A DNA stretch of 64,000 bases. Source: Epiperipatus broadwayi. Taxonomy: Eukaryota > Animalia > Onychophora. Positions 26,636 to 39,236 of this stretch are shown one piece after another; positions within the stretch are counted from its first letter, which is position 1, and each line of letters opens with the position of its first letter. A program made the position numbers and the translations under genes. The stretch spans positions 2,418,001 to 2,482,000 of the forward strand of contig JAQFVV010000002.1 of assembly GCA_028023455.1 (NCBI GenBank). Direction: 5' to 3'. The notes under the pieces were generated by a model. The model made no database searches. It saw nothing but the letters and a program-made list of their open reading frames with translations, and was not told the origin of the DNA.

Positions 26636-28121
26636 ATTAGTTTGTATTATAAATTTATATGTTGAAATTTTATATATATTATAACCTGTATTTGAGGTTT
26701 TACATCTCTCATGTTTTTAAATATTCTCATTGAATTATCCATGCAAATCTATTACATTTCTAAATATCATATTAACTCTTTAATATTTTCTATCAATTCG
26801 GTATTGTCTTTAGTCTTACTATAAGAAACAATATTGTATGATGTTAAATTCAATAGCTATTGCACTAAAGAAAATAATTCTTTTATAATCTCATATAATA
26901 TTAAATGTACAACTCATATGGTAAGATCATAATATTAAATAAATGAATTCCATAATGCTATCAATATGTGATACTACAAAATAAACTAAAATATTAGCTA
27001 AAAGTAATAAAACTCTATATCAACATAATAATAATAAATTTCTAAGGATGTTTTCCATCAACTCTGCATGACCAGATATAACTTATCCATCTTCATATTT
27101 TATTCAATACATGATAAAAATATGTAAATATCTCAAAGCATACTAATTTTCAAGATCAAATATTTTATGAATATGATTCAAATAAATATAATTATCAATT
27201 ATAACTCAATATTCATCAGTCAAAAAAATGATATTCACCCATATATTTCTATAGATTCTATTTCTAATCATCTCTATTCTTTAATTGCAAAAGTTGCTCT
27301 TTAGCATACCTCATTTAATTTGTGTGGATGTTAATGATATTCAACAGAGGGTAATGCTCTCTGGAATTAGGCTTCCAAATAATTTGTTCTTTTATAAAAA
27401 AAAATAGGTTCTCTTCTTATAGCTAAAGACACTGCTTGATGGCGCCGTTTTCGCACTAAAACATAAAAATGCCGTTTCCGTGGCCGACACGTTCGAACCC
27501 GCGTTTTCTATAATACAACTTTTTTGTTGTGCTACAGATTGCAGGCTGCTATGTCGCGTCGCAGTACAGCATGTATGTCACATAGCAGCAAATACATTTT
27601 CCGAATTTGCACAGTTTATAAAATGGTTACGGCTTGGTGAGAGGGTGTGTGTATTTGAATTGGATGGAAATGTTGTTTTCATTGGATTTTTTTTTATTTT
27701 AAAGTATTGAAATATTCAGATTTTGTAAAGTAATAATTATCAGACTTTTTACACTATACTGTATTGAAGTTTTAATTAGAAAAATGTTGACAAGATATAT
27801 GTGTAAAGTGAGTTGGAATTAGGTAACGCGTCAATTAACATACTGTTCGTAACATTCCATGAGACAAACAAGATTCTACCGTGTGTTTATTTTTGAATAA
27901 AAAAGAGCTGTAACACAAAAATATCCAGTAAGAAAAGTACAATTATGCATGGTTTTTTGTAAATTTGATAAAAAGCATATATTATAAACATGGTTAATAA
28001 GTAAAGAAGACATTTTTGTTGTTGTTTAAAAAAGTTTTACTTTCTTTCTTTTCTCCGACTATGGTTATACTTTGTTGAATATAGTTTACGTTTATTGTTA
28101 TCATTTATTTTATAGATGTTA

Positions 28122-28366
28122 CGATAGAATGACAGCCTGTTAAGCTAATTGCACAGACGCTGTGAGAATGTTATTAATAAATGAATACCTTCGAACAACC
28201 ACATGATATAGTATTTGTGTAATTTCTCTTACACAAATACTATATCATGTGGTTGTTCAAAGGTATTCATTTATTAATAACATTCTCACAGCGTCTGCGC
28301 AATTAGCTTAACAGGCTGTCATTCTATCGTAATTATAATCGCACGCAAGACATTATAAAATAAATG
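28122..28366. mobile_element. Fold-back insertion nested in the TIR element
   Basis: 104 bp arms at 28119-28222 and 28229-28332 with a 6 nt loop and 2 mismatches. 34 nt extension at right. 13 bp TSD tttatagatgtta (28109-28121 and 28367-28379). Confidence 0.9.
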
Positions 28367-28447
28367 TTTATAGATGTTAGTAAAAAAAAATATTTACAAA
28401 AATACGATTTTGATATTTTTTATTTTAGCATTACAAACAAAAGAACA

Positions 28448-28507
28448 CTAACCCTAAACCTAACCCTAAATCCTAACCCTAAAACTAACCCTAAACCTAA
28501 CCCTAAC
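28448..28507 (+). repeat. Telomere-like (TAACCC/TAAACC) repeat tract
   Basis: ctaaccctaaacctaaccctaaatcctaaccctaaaactaaccctaaacctaaccctaac. Confidence 0.9.
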
Positions 28508-31500
28508 AACTTTTACTTTTTGTTGTCATTCTATTTGAAGTAAAAATAGCGGTAAAGCTGTAACACCAGTAAAAAAATATCCGATAGAAAATTGATTTTT
28601 CTAATAAAGCAAAATAAAAAACATGAATCAAATTGTAATTTGTTTATTTTATTTTACATTTATTATTATCATTTAATTTGTATACGTTAATAAAAAATAA
28701 TATTTAAAAAAGACGATTTTGTTTTGTTTTTATTTTCGCATTACAAAAAAACACATCAAAATGATTAAAATCAACCTTCCGTGAATGTTCATATTTTATA
28801 GTTTTAGCTTGAAAATGGCGCGATCGAATGGCGTCTTTAGCTATAAGATGAGAACCAAATATTATTTCAAAATATCATTATTTTTAAATCATATTTCAAC
28901 ATATTCACTGATAACTTTCCAAATCTTTTTATAAATTAAGCTTATCATTATTACATAAAATCTTTAAAAACTCATACATGAGGAAAACAATCATATATAA
29001 ATGGCAGGCTGTAAAGCAGGACATAAATGTGTTCCAAATGAACAAATAAATGTTTTCAATCATTAATAACTATTTATAAAAATATCTTAAATAAAAAGTG
29101 CTTATATATTTTAATTGTCCAAAGTGTACCAACCCACACAAAAATCATCTAAAGGCAATTTGTGTGTATATTCCACATTCTGACATCACAGAACAATTTC
29201 TTCTTTTATAGCCTGCTAAGATCAGCTAGGCACACGAGTCTCTTATACTATTCCAATTAAATTTATTGATTGGAAAATAATGATAAAAGGTTAAAAAATT
29301 AATGACATTAAAATTTATTTACATATACTAAAAAATAACACACATGATAGCATATATTGACTGCCTGGTCAATTTATAAACAAGTTAATATGTTTAATGA
29401 ATGATTGATTCAATAATTAAGTTTATGCACAGATGTTATATGAGGTATAATACATTTAAAATGCTTCTTAATAATATTAAGTAATTCTGAAAAAATATAA
29501 ACTAGCTGCATAGACTAACGATCACAAGCAATTATTATTACAGTTTTAAAATCAATAAACGTGCAGTCTGAGAATACAATAAATTTATAAACTATTTAAA
29601 TAACTGGCACCATAATTGCTTTCAGGCTGTAATGGAAATAAGTAATTAAATGCTATATAAGCAAATTGTAAGGGGCAACATTGGCATTACATTATTTATT
29701 GATAGATACATACACATAAGCTAGGGACATGCTATATGATAGGAATTTATACCTATCACATATTAAATATAATAGTGACCAGCAGTTTTGCAATTAGTTT
29801 TATCCACAAGATATACAAAGACACAGGAATTTTCATCTAACACATACTATTGCATTAAATAAAATGGTGATTAATAAATTACACAGCTTGAAGGATAGTT
29901 TGCTTAAAAGTGTAATTTATTTAAAGACAATTAAAAAGATAATATTAATTTATTCTGTCTATGCAGCTTACTTGAATTCCCTTCCGGGTTCATTAAATTA
30001 CAGGTTTAAATTATTATTTATATTTTTGATGAAGTGGAAATAACTGAAAACAATAAATCACTAAAAGCATGGCCAGAGATTGCAATAATAAACTTAATTG
30101 CTTATATAAAATTATTGCTGACTAAATTATGGCATGGTAAAGAGAATAAAACAACAATCTCTTGCCATACCTGCTTATAGACAGATTTAACAAACAATTA
30201 CTGGCTAAAACATTTTCATTAGAGAGAAGATAAATAATAGTAATTCTAATGATTTATAATATTCTTTTAAAGTTCATACCTATTTCTTTAGTCATAGAAG
30301 TTTGAGTTCATTCTTTAGGCATTAGTATATTTCAGTGGACTTTATCTGTCAAACCATAGCTATGGTGGTTGTTGGTTTCGATTATATCATTCAAAATTTA
30401 TGAGGAATCTTCAGAAGTAGTTTATTCTTTGCTTGATGGCTGATTTTTCTCTGACGCTTTGGACATTTGAAGTTTATGCATATATAGTGTACAGTACTGG
30501 ACATAATGTTCAAGATATTTGTCCATTGGTTGACAGCATTCTTTTCTGAACTCAATGATGAAATTATGGCTTCTGCCACTAGGTCAGAGTGAAATATATG
30601 TCAGCTTTTCTACTCCTGCATAACATTGGAACCAAAATATATGAATAAACACAGTAGCTAAATAAGACAAGCTGGTTTACCTTAACCCTCTTGAACTATG
30701 ACAGAATTTTTTGTTTTCACTTGATATAAACTTTATTCATTTTAATATTAAACCATTATTCTTTATCAGAATACAATAAATTTGGCCTTATTTTATTGAT
30801 ATTTTTGTTTAGAAATGAAATAAATTTTACAAAATCACATTTGATTTTGGGAATTATTTTAAAAATTAGATTTTAATCGAAATAAAGCACTGTTTTCATC
30901 ATTAACTGCTGGGCTGAGCAGAGTGTATTTGCAAAATGAATGAAATCTTTGTTTGAATTTGTTTCAAAAATCTGAATGAATAATTATTAATATCTAGTAA
31001 ATCTATCAACTTATGTTTTAAAGTTTCAATTTTTTTAGTAAATTTTTCTAAGAGATGCTGAGTGATAACATTTCTAAACAGTTATTTTCTGCAACCATAA
31101 TTACCATGGTAATGTTATTCACCAAAATATAATCTTTTATATTTAAAAATGATACATTTCTGTAGAAAGTAAAAATATAATAAAATATTTTTGATTTCTA
31201 ATAATTATCACACAATTATTATGTATGAATAATTATAAACTTTCCAAAAAAATCAGGTTTTTAATTATTCATAATATTTTCACAAAGTCCAAGACCGCCA
31301 AGAATACAATGAGTGTTCATCATTGTGGAGTTTAGCTTATTCTGAAATTCTTGCTTATTCAATTATCCTGATGTCTTTAGAATTTTTTGAAATTAAAGTA
31401 TTAGAAAAAATATATGACAGTTTTAGAGCTGTAAACAAAAAATGTTAGCAAAATCTCCCAATAGAGGGCCAAAGACAAATTAATTTTCTAGATTTCTCAG

Positions 31501-31839
31501 GCATGTGACCCACACCTGAAAAAATGATTGGTTAAAACATACAGCAGAATAATCAGAAGAATAAAAATAATAAATTGGCTTATTGAGATGCTTATCAGCA
31601 AAAACTGAATCGATCTGTAGTTGTCTGAATCCTTCAATCTATTGGTTGTAGGTAGTATCTGACCTCTATTTTGGTCTAGAGTTTGATTTGCTCATTCATA
31701 CCATTTACAATTTTTTATCTTTGAAAGGGAGTAATGAAATAACAGCCTAAATTATATCAGATACTTATCTCACTTAATTAATCTGTTTACAAGCATTTTA
31801 ACAACTTTTTCTATGAATTTCATTTCTAGTTTGTAATTG

Positions 31840-31920
31840 AACCACTAAACATCACGTGATCACTATTTCTTATGTTAGCACTGAGTGGCACTACTGTATG
31901 GAGAGTTTCGCCTGTTTTAA
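31840..31920 (+). mobile_element. Short copy of family A
   Basis: aaccactaaacatcacgtgatcactatttcttatg joined to gcactgagtggcactactgtatggagagtttcgcctgtttt. 10 bp TSD tttgtaattg (31830-31839 and 31921-31930). Confidence 0.8.
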
Positions 31921-32589
31921 TTTGTAATTGTTAATAATAAAAAAACACATTTTGTTCATACTTTTAAAATAAGTGTATCATTAATTATGACGTATACATT
32001 TATCTGTGTATATAAATTATATATATATATAATCAAAATTGTTTAAAAGATTTATTTTTAAAATTCCTTCGACTTTTTAAGCATTTAAATATCGCTTCAA
32101 TATACTTATTTGCAAATAAAAGCTAAATAACTTTTGACTGCGATATTGAATGTAAATAAGGTAATAGCCATTCATTGATATGCACACAAAAACTATTCAT
32201 ACAGGATGTACATAATAAAATCTTTATTATTATGTTTATTATTTTTTATTAAATAGTTTATATAAAATTTTGCTTTTTTATATTTTAATCTAGAATGACA
32301 ATGTTTGATTTAATACATCTTTTCATACTTAATTTTTTATTCATAATAGAAAACTTTTCTATTAAATCATAAAAAACTAATTTCATTGGTTTCATATTAT
32401 ATATATAATGTTTTATGTCCCATTTTGGTGCATTAGTATTAGACCTGTTGTGATGAAATTTAATCTCAATTTTAATCCTAACTCAGTATTGATGTAATAT
32501 TTCACAGCTTAAAGTTCCCATTTTCTTATTATTCATATTATTGAATACTAAAGTGTGTGTGTGTGTGGGGGGTGTTAATTTATAACAAC

Positions 32590-35130
32590 ATTTACTATCT
32601 AACTGATTGTATATAATGTTATTTATACATTTACGTGGTGATGATGATAATGAAATTGATGAAAAATATGAGAAAATAGAGGAAAATATTCAACATGAGG
32701 AAAAATGCATGTATGTTGCTATGGGTGATTGGAATGCTGTTGTCAGAAAAGATAAAGAAGGAAAAATTGTTGGAAATTATGATATTAGAAAAAGAAGTGA
32801 AAGAGATAGCTGGATTGCACAATTTAATTTTGTAAGGAGAATGGGTTTGTCATTGCTAACTTTAAAATTCATATAAGAAGATTGTATACATGGAATGCTC
32901 CCTGTGATAGAGAACATAATAAAATTGATTATATATTAATTCAGAATAGATACAAGAAGGGTTTACATGCTTTGCCTAGTACTGATATAAACCCAGATCA
33001 TAATTAGGTTATGACTAAATTAAATTGATTTTAAAAAAATAAAAAGAGGAAAAAAATATGTAAGATGGGTCTTTGATAAATTGAGAGAAATGGAAAAAGG
33101 AAACTTTGGTTCCAAAAAGTGAAAATGTTATAAAGAGGATTGATAAAGATAAGGAATATATTAATAATTCTGATAATTATTGGTGTAGGATTAAAGAAAG
33201 TTTATTAAAAACAGCAAAAAAGGATGTAGTCAGTATTCAGTTAAAGAAAGCTAACTGACCTTGGATAATAGAAGGTATGTTGGGAAAGATGGAAATATAG
33301 AAAAGATGTAAGAATGTCAAAATTAAGGAGAATCAAAGTGTATATTGAAAAATTAAGTATGAACTAGAAAGAGAAACAGATTTAGCAAAAGAAAAATGGT
33401 TGGAGCAAGAATGTAGAGAGATAGAAATGCTTCAACAGGTGAAAAGATATGATCTGGAATTTGATAAAATTAGAAATGTCATTTGAGAGAGAAAGATATG
33501 GTTAGCAAATGAAATTGTGAATAAGAATGGAAAGATATTAACTGATAGCAATGATATATTAAAAAGATGGAAAGAATATCTTCAGGGACTATTTAGAAGA
33601 GAAAATAATTCAATTAATTATGAACTTGAAAATGGAGAAGATATTGAAGTAGATTGTAAGGGTATGGACATATTGACAAGCGAAGTAGTAATGTCAAATG
33701 CACAAATAAAGAATGGTAATTCTGTTGGATTTCATGTAATATCTATACAATTTTTGAAAAAAAGGAGATTTTACTATGAAGGAAATAATTGAACTTAGCA
33801 ATTTAATATATGAAGATTTTTTAAGGACTATAATGATTCCAATCGGTAAAAAGAAAAAGTTGTTAAATGAGAAGAGTACAGTATAATAAGTTTGTTATCT
33901 CATGCTTCTAAAGTTTTAATTAAGCATTTTAACTCAAATAATTTATTAAAAAATACAATATTATATTGGCAAAAACAATTTGGTTTTCAGAGAGAAAAAA
34001 ATATAAGAGATGCTATTGGTGTTGTAAGAACAATTGCAGAGAGATATATTGAAAAAGTCTAAAAGAATTGATATATGTTTTGTGGATTTGGAAAAAGCAT
34101 TTGATAGAGAAATCTGGAATAAACTTATGATCATCTTAAAAAATAAAGGAATATTTCAGAAAGAGAGAAGATTGATTTGGAATATGTCTACTGGGCAAAG
34201 AATAAGAATTAGACTGGAGAATAATGAGATTGACGAAGTGAATTTAAAAAGAGGAGTTTGGCAAGAATGCAATGTCACCTGATCTTTTTAATATTTATTT
34301 AGAAGACATGTTAAGTAATTATTTAGATTGTGGATGAGTAAATGCTGGAGATAGAATAATAAAATGTATATGATTTGTAAGTGATATGGGTCTTATAGCT
34401 GAGGTTGAAAAGTGTCTTCTGATGTCTACATTGTAGGAAGGTTGCATAAAATATGTAATAAAGATTAACATTGAAAAGATGGATAGAGATAAAGGCAAAT
34501 GACTGCAAATTGAAATCCATGATAACATAGTTCAATAAGTAAAAGAATTTAGATATTTGTGTAATTGGTTGAGTGAGGGTGGAAGAAGGGAAAATGAAGT
34601 TAAAAGAAGAATAAATAGCATTGTCAAATGAAAATTTATTAAGAGAAAAAAATATTTTGTGGACCTTTGAAAAAAGAATTAGAAAAAAAAAAAGATTAAT
34701 TAAATGCTATGGTTGTGAAATGTGGGCAATCAGTAATAAAATTAGAAACAGATTGGAAGTCTTTGAGATGTAGACATGGAGAAAAATGAAAAAAATCAGT
34801 TGGATAAATAAAATAGCAAATAAAGAAGTTTTACAAAAAGTAAATGAAAAAAGAAGATTGATTGAGAAAATTAGAAAGAAAGGGAAACTGGATTGGGCAT
34901 TAACTAAGAAGAAAGTATAATTTAATAAAACCTATTTTAGATGAAATCATGAGCAGAAGCAAGTAGAAAGTATGGAAAAGATTGACATTGTGGATGATAT
35001 AAGAGATCAAAAGAGTTATGTGGAATTCAAGAGCTGGGCAATAAATAGAATGGAGTGAAAAAATGGATGAGTTGATGATGTGACTATTCTCTGTCCCTGT
35101 ACATAAGACAGAATACTGTTGATAACATGG
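32590..35130 (+). mobile_element. Decayed RTE-clade LINE (APE and RT)
   Basis: MGDWNAVV, YTWNAP...KIDYILI, DILKRWKEYLQGLF, CFVDLEKAFD, KRGVWQ and GCEMW motifs, with many stops and frameshifts. Confidence 0.85.
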
Positions 35131-36000
35131 TGATTAATAGTATTTCCATATATATGAGTAGCCACTCAAAATAATTGGGTCATTGCAATTTCAAGAGAAA
35201 AACTATTTTAGAGATAAGTTTTGCAATGTGTATACAAATTAATCTGTGAAACACAAACTATTCCATTTTCTCTGTATATTTGATATACTTTGCTGTTGTC
35301 TTTTATCTTTTTTTATAGAAAACTATCTCAATTTTTGAAATATTTCTACACCATACCTAATTGTAGATCTCTTATGTATTGTATTTTCTACCATATCTTC
35401 ACAATGAAAACAATCCATATTGCACATCTTTAGAAGCCTTTGAAATAGTGCATGTAATATAAATGGGATCTACCTCTCACAGAAAAATCATGCTCATGTT
35501 AACCATAAATCACTTCTGTAGAAAATGTTGTGTTGTTTATTCATTTCACATAGAAGATTTTATAGAATTACATTTAATGAAATTTGAAGAACATCTAAAA
35601 AAAAAAAAAATTGAAGAACATACAATTGTTCTAATGATCTTACAATTGTAATTTTCTAAACAAATTTGGTATCCTTAAATTATTATTTTTTTATTTCCTT
35701 TATGTAATGTTCAAATTTATTTATTAAGCACATCGATCACATGAAATTAAAGAGACAGTATTTCACCTTTTTAACATATGCACCTTACTTATTTTTATAA
35801 TAGCTAAGCTATGCTGTGTTGAGTACAGAGGAAACTACCAAACACAAGATAGAGACTTTATAAATATAAGAGCATCCATATTGTCTTTAACCTAAATTCT
35901 GATTTATATAGGCCAATCTGAAGCATCTTAGTTTGAGAGAGTGAAGATGTTACTCTGTTCACTTTTACATCCACTACTTTCTTACATACATTAGCATTTA

Positions 36001-36248
36001 ACAACTAAACATTACATGATCACAATTCTTCATGCTTACCCAAGCTTTGTACACAGATCCTAAGATCTAGATGCAGCATTCTTAGATCTAAGGCTCCTCA
36101 CTGATGAAATCCACAAGCTAGAAACTAGTCTGGGGATATTGGATGAGTAGGCACTAGATAGGGATTTTATTAACAAACCTTCTTGCATCCATTGACTACT
36201 CTGGCTTTCACAGAGCAGTGCTACTGTAGGGAAACTTTAACCTCTGTT
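36001..36248 (+). mobile_element. Longest family A copy (248 bp), carrying a hammerhead-like motif; retrozyme/PLE-like retroposon
   Basis: 14 bp TSD tacattagcattta (35987-36000 and 36249-36262). Both terminal blocks are shared with the 3057, 4458 and 31840 copies. Confidence 0.75.
36095..36136 (+). ncRNA. Minimal type I hammerhead ribozyme motif (stem II degenerate)
   Basis: tcctca-CTGATGA-aatccacaagcta-GAAAC-ta-GTC-tgggga. Both catalytic boxes are intact, with a GUC cleavage triplet, a minimal stem III with palindromic loop, and a 6 bp stem I (one G-U). Stem II is poorly paired. Confidence 0.55.
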
Positions 36249-36910
36249 TACATTAGCATTTACAAAATCTTTTAATTTACTAAGTGCTAATATTATAAAT
36301 TAATAGAAATTATACATGTTCAAATTTATTTATTAGGCAAATAGATTATATGAAATTTTAAAAAAAAAGGAATTTATCTTTTTAACATATGCACCTTACT
36401 AATTTTTATAATTGTTCAAAGATGCTGTGTTGAGCACAGAGGGATCAATAAGGTCTTCCTTTCTAACTTCCATACAAATAACTGATAACACATTTTATTG
36501 TTCAATTATTTCCCTGATTTGAACTATGCATTATTTTAACTATTAAAAGAAGTAGCAGCTTATTGAAGTCTTATTTACACTTCAACATCTAAATCTATCT
36601 TTCTACTTATAAAACAACTAAGACTATTCAAATTGGCTTATATTCTTAAGCTGATAGCTATCCCAATTAAAAACTGCTGAATATTTTTTTTCATTACTGG
36701 CTGATATAGAACTTGAGTTTTAAACCAAAGTCTTTACGTGTTATTTATATATTAAGTATTATACAACTTTAAAAGCTTTTCTTATCTTTGTACTGGGTTA
36801 TTAGTTTTTTTATCAGATATATTTTCGTTGCTATATTCTGTGTGTTTCTTATAAACTTTTAAATATTTTTTAGAGCTACTAAATTAGTAGCTTGTGGTTA
36901 AGACAAGCGT

Positions 36911-36992
36911 AAGCTTGTGGTTAAGACCTGTAGAGGTCCCTACCTTCGCATTTTCATGTGCATATTCTTAAGATTTACAGCCTTAGTAAATA
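36911..36992 (+). repeat. Short interspersed repeat, copy 1 (homolog at 48142-48220, minus strand)
   Basis: aagcttgtggttaagacctgtagaggtcc...tcgcatttt...atattctt...cagccttagtaaata is shared between the two sites. A partial tandem copy lies at 36889-36904. Confidence 0.8.
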
Positions 36993-39073
36993 AATTATTA
37001 AACATAAATTACTAATTCAAACTCCGTTAGCTTTCTATAAAATGTATTTTCAAAACTAATGCGGCTTTGCAAATATTATAAAAATTAGAAAAACTTATTT
37101 TTAAAGTACTCTAAAATATTTCAAAAGCTAAAAAAAAAGAGGAAATAATCATAAGTCAAATATATCAAAATAAAGTTCAGTCTATCATAAACGCTAAATA
37201 AGACTTAGTAGTTTAAAATTCGCAGATAAAGAATAAAAAAAAAAAAACATTTCCAAATCATTTTATCATTAACTTACTATTTATGTTTTTAAATATTGCA
37301 TCATCGTCATTACTATTATTATTATCATCATCATTATCATCATCATCATTATTATTATTATATTAATAGAGAGAGAGGGAAAGCTATTATATGTTTATTA
37401 TAAAAATATAAGACATATAAAATTTATATCTCACGGACTAATATATAAAATTTGAATATTTGAAACTTATAATTTTGATGATTATTAATAAAATATCTTC
37501 AATGTTATATAATCCTAAATAATTCAGTACAGTGATAGAGTTGTGAACTCTGAAGTCAATTTTCATGGATCCCGGCCCAATTAACCTTTCTGTGTTCAAA
37601 TTTCTTATGAACTCCCATCATAAGCTATTAGATTATTTTAAATACTTTACTGTGGCTTAATTAATTTGTAAGGAGTAAAAATACACAGATACAATGTCAG
37701 TAAATGATTACAGAATTTATAGACGTATTTATGAAATGATTATTTCATATATAAAAACTTGAATTTAGAGTATATACAACATAAACAGATGTCAATGAGC
37801 TCGTTAAATTTGTCGAATGATTTTTATTTTCTTTTACTCGACAACTCTAATTTACCTTAGTTAATTACTTTTTGTTTAAAAGTAAATAAATTAACACAAC
37901 ATTGTTAGTGGCAATTTGAAGTTATGGGTAATTCGAGGCTTTTCAATTATAGAGTAATGAAGTGACTTTTAGCAGCATTGTATGAAAATATAATTGGTGT
38001 GATCTCAAAGATTTTCGCGTTTGCTTCATTTACTTGATAACAAAGTTCATCATTATCAATTTATAAAAACGTATATAAGGAGACTTATTAAATAAATATA
38101 TAAAATAGAAAAAATGAAGTATCTTAATTATTTGTTAGCATAGAATGATGTGTGCATTCATATATTTTATTAAAACAAAATATAATTAGTATTTTTAAAA
38201 CAAAATATAATTAGTATTTTTAAATTAATAATATGTGTGTGTGTGGTCTAAAATGAGTAGAAATGAATTATTCTCTATGAATATCATTCTAAAGCCTTAT
38301 AAAAGGGCACATTTATATGTACGGTAAGTAGTTGATTTAATTCTCTTTTAAATACTTGCTAGATTTTAATATTTTGCATTTGCATGGGAGTTTATCAGAG
38401 ATAATTTACTAGTGTTCTGTTTAATTGTCAAAATCGGTAATTAATAATTTAATATTGGAAAATTATGTATTTAATAATACCATATATATATATATTGTAA
38501 TTAATTATAGACACATCAATATCCAACACTAGAAGGCGCCACTAAACTTATAGTAAATGCTTGGAAACAGAAAAAGTACAAATAATGAAGTTATGGAAGA
38601 ATAAATATGAACAAAGTGATTATATAGAAAGTGGGTTATTGGTTTTTATGCTGAATTTGGGAAAAGATAAGGGGGATTTAGATATAAAGGCCATAGAGTT
38701 GACAAAGATTATGTTGTGGAAGTGGGATGGAGCAGATTATGGGAAAACTTAGGGTGGGGAATGGAAAGGAAATGTAAAGTGGCTACCAGGTTTCTCTAGA
38801 CATAGTTGTTGAGAGATTCCTGACTCCGTTTAAAGAGAAGTCACAGTGTCTCACATCACACCACATCAATATGAGAGTTTATTAGTGAGGATCTTAATTA
38901 TAAATGCCTACTTAGCTACACAATTACTGATAGATACTTAAAATTTTTCTCTAGACTGCAGAGAAAGAAGATTCTTTAGAATTATCAATTGGCAGAGCAG
39001 AAATCAGTAAACCAAATGCTAAAACTGATCTAATAATAACAAAACCAAATTTATTAACAGTTCAATATAGTAC

Positions 39074-39236
39074 AGAAAGAGACCACTTGTAAGATGGATG
39101 GATGAAATAAGAAAGTGTGCAGGGGTGATGTGGAGTAGAGAAGTTAACGATCGGAGAAGATGAATTGAACTTGGAGAGACCTTCATCATGCAGTGGATTG
39201 ATAATGGTTGATGATGATGATGATGATAATGATAGT
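39074..39236 (+). mobile_element. RTE LINE 3' end fragment (same family as 8988-9652)
   Basis: RKRPLVRWMDEIRKCAGVMW...ggagagaccttcatcatgcagtggattgataatggtt followed by a (gat)n tail. Confidence 0.85.

Larger units (their letters stand above)
27407..28856. mobile_element. Non-autonomous TIR DNA transposon (superfamily unassigned)
   Basis: ~56 bp imperfect TIRs: ggttctcttcttatagctaaagac... at 27407 and ...gtctttagctataagatgagaacc at 28856. Possible 5 bp TSD aaata. The interior has a CpG-rich segment, direct repeats and telomere-like repeats. Confidence 0.8.
35707..36441 (+). repeat. Pair of ~125 bp diverged direct repeats (35707-35831 and 36316-36441) bracketing the family A insertion
   Basis: atgttcaaatttatttatta...ttttaacatatgcaccttact...atgctgtgttgag(t/c)acagagg is present twice. 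Confidence 0.75.

Noticed and set aside
30391-30579. 62 aa ORF in a moderately GC-richer island
   Set aside because: No recognisable domain on either strand, and stops flank it in all frames.
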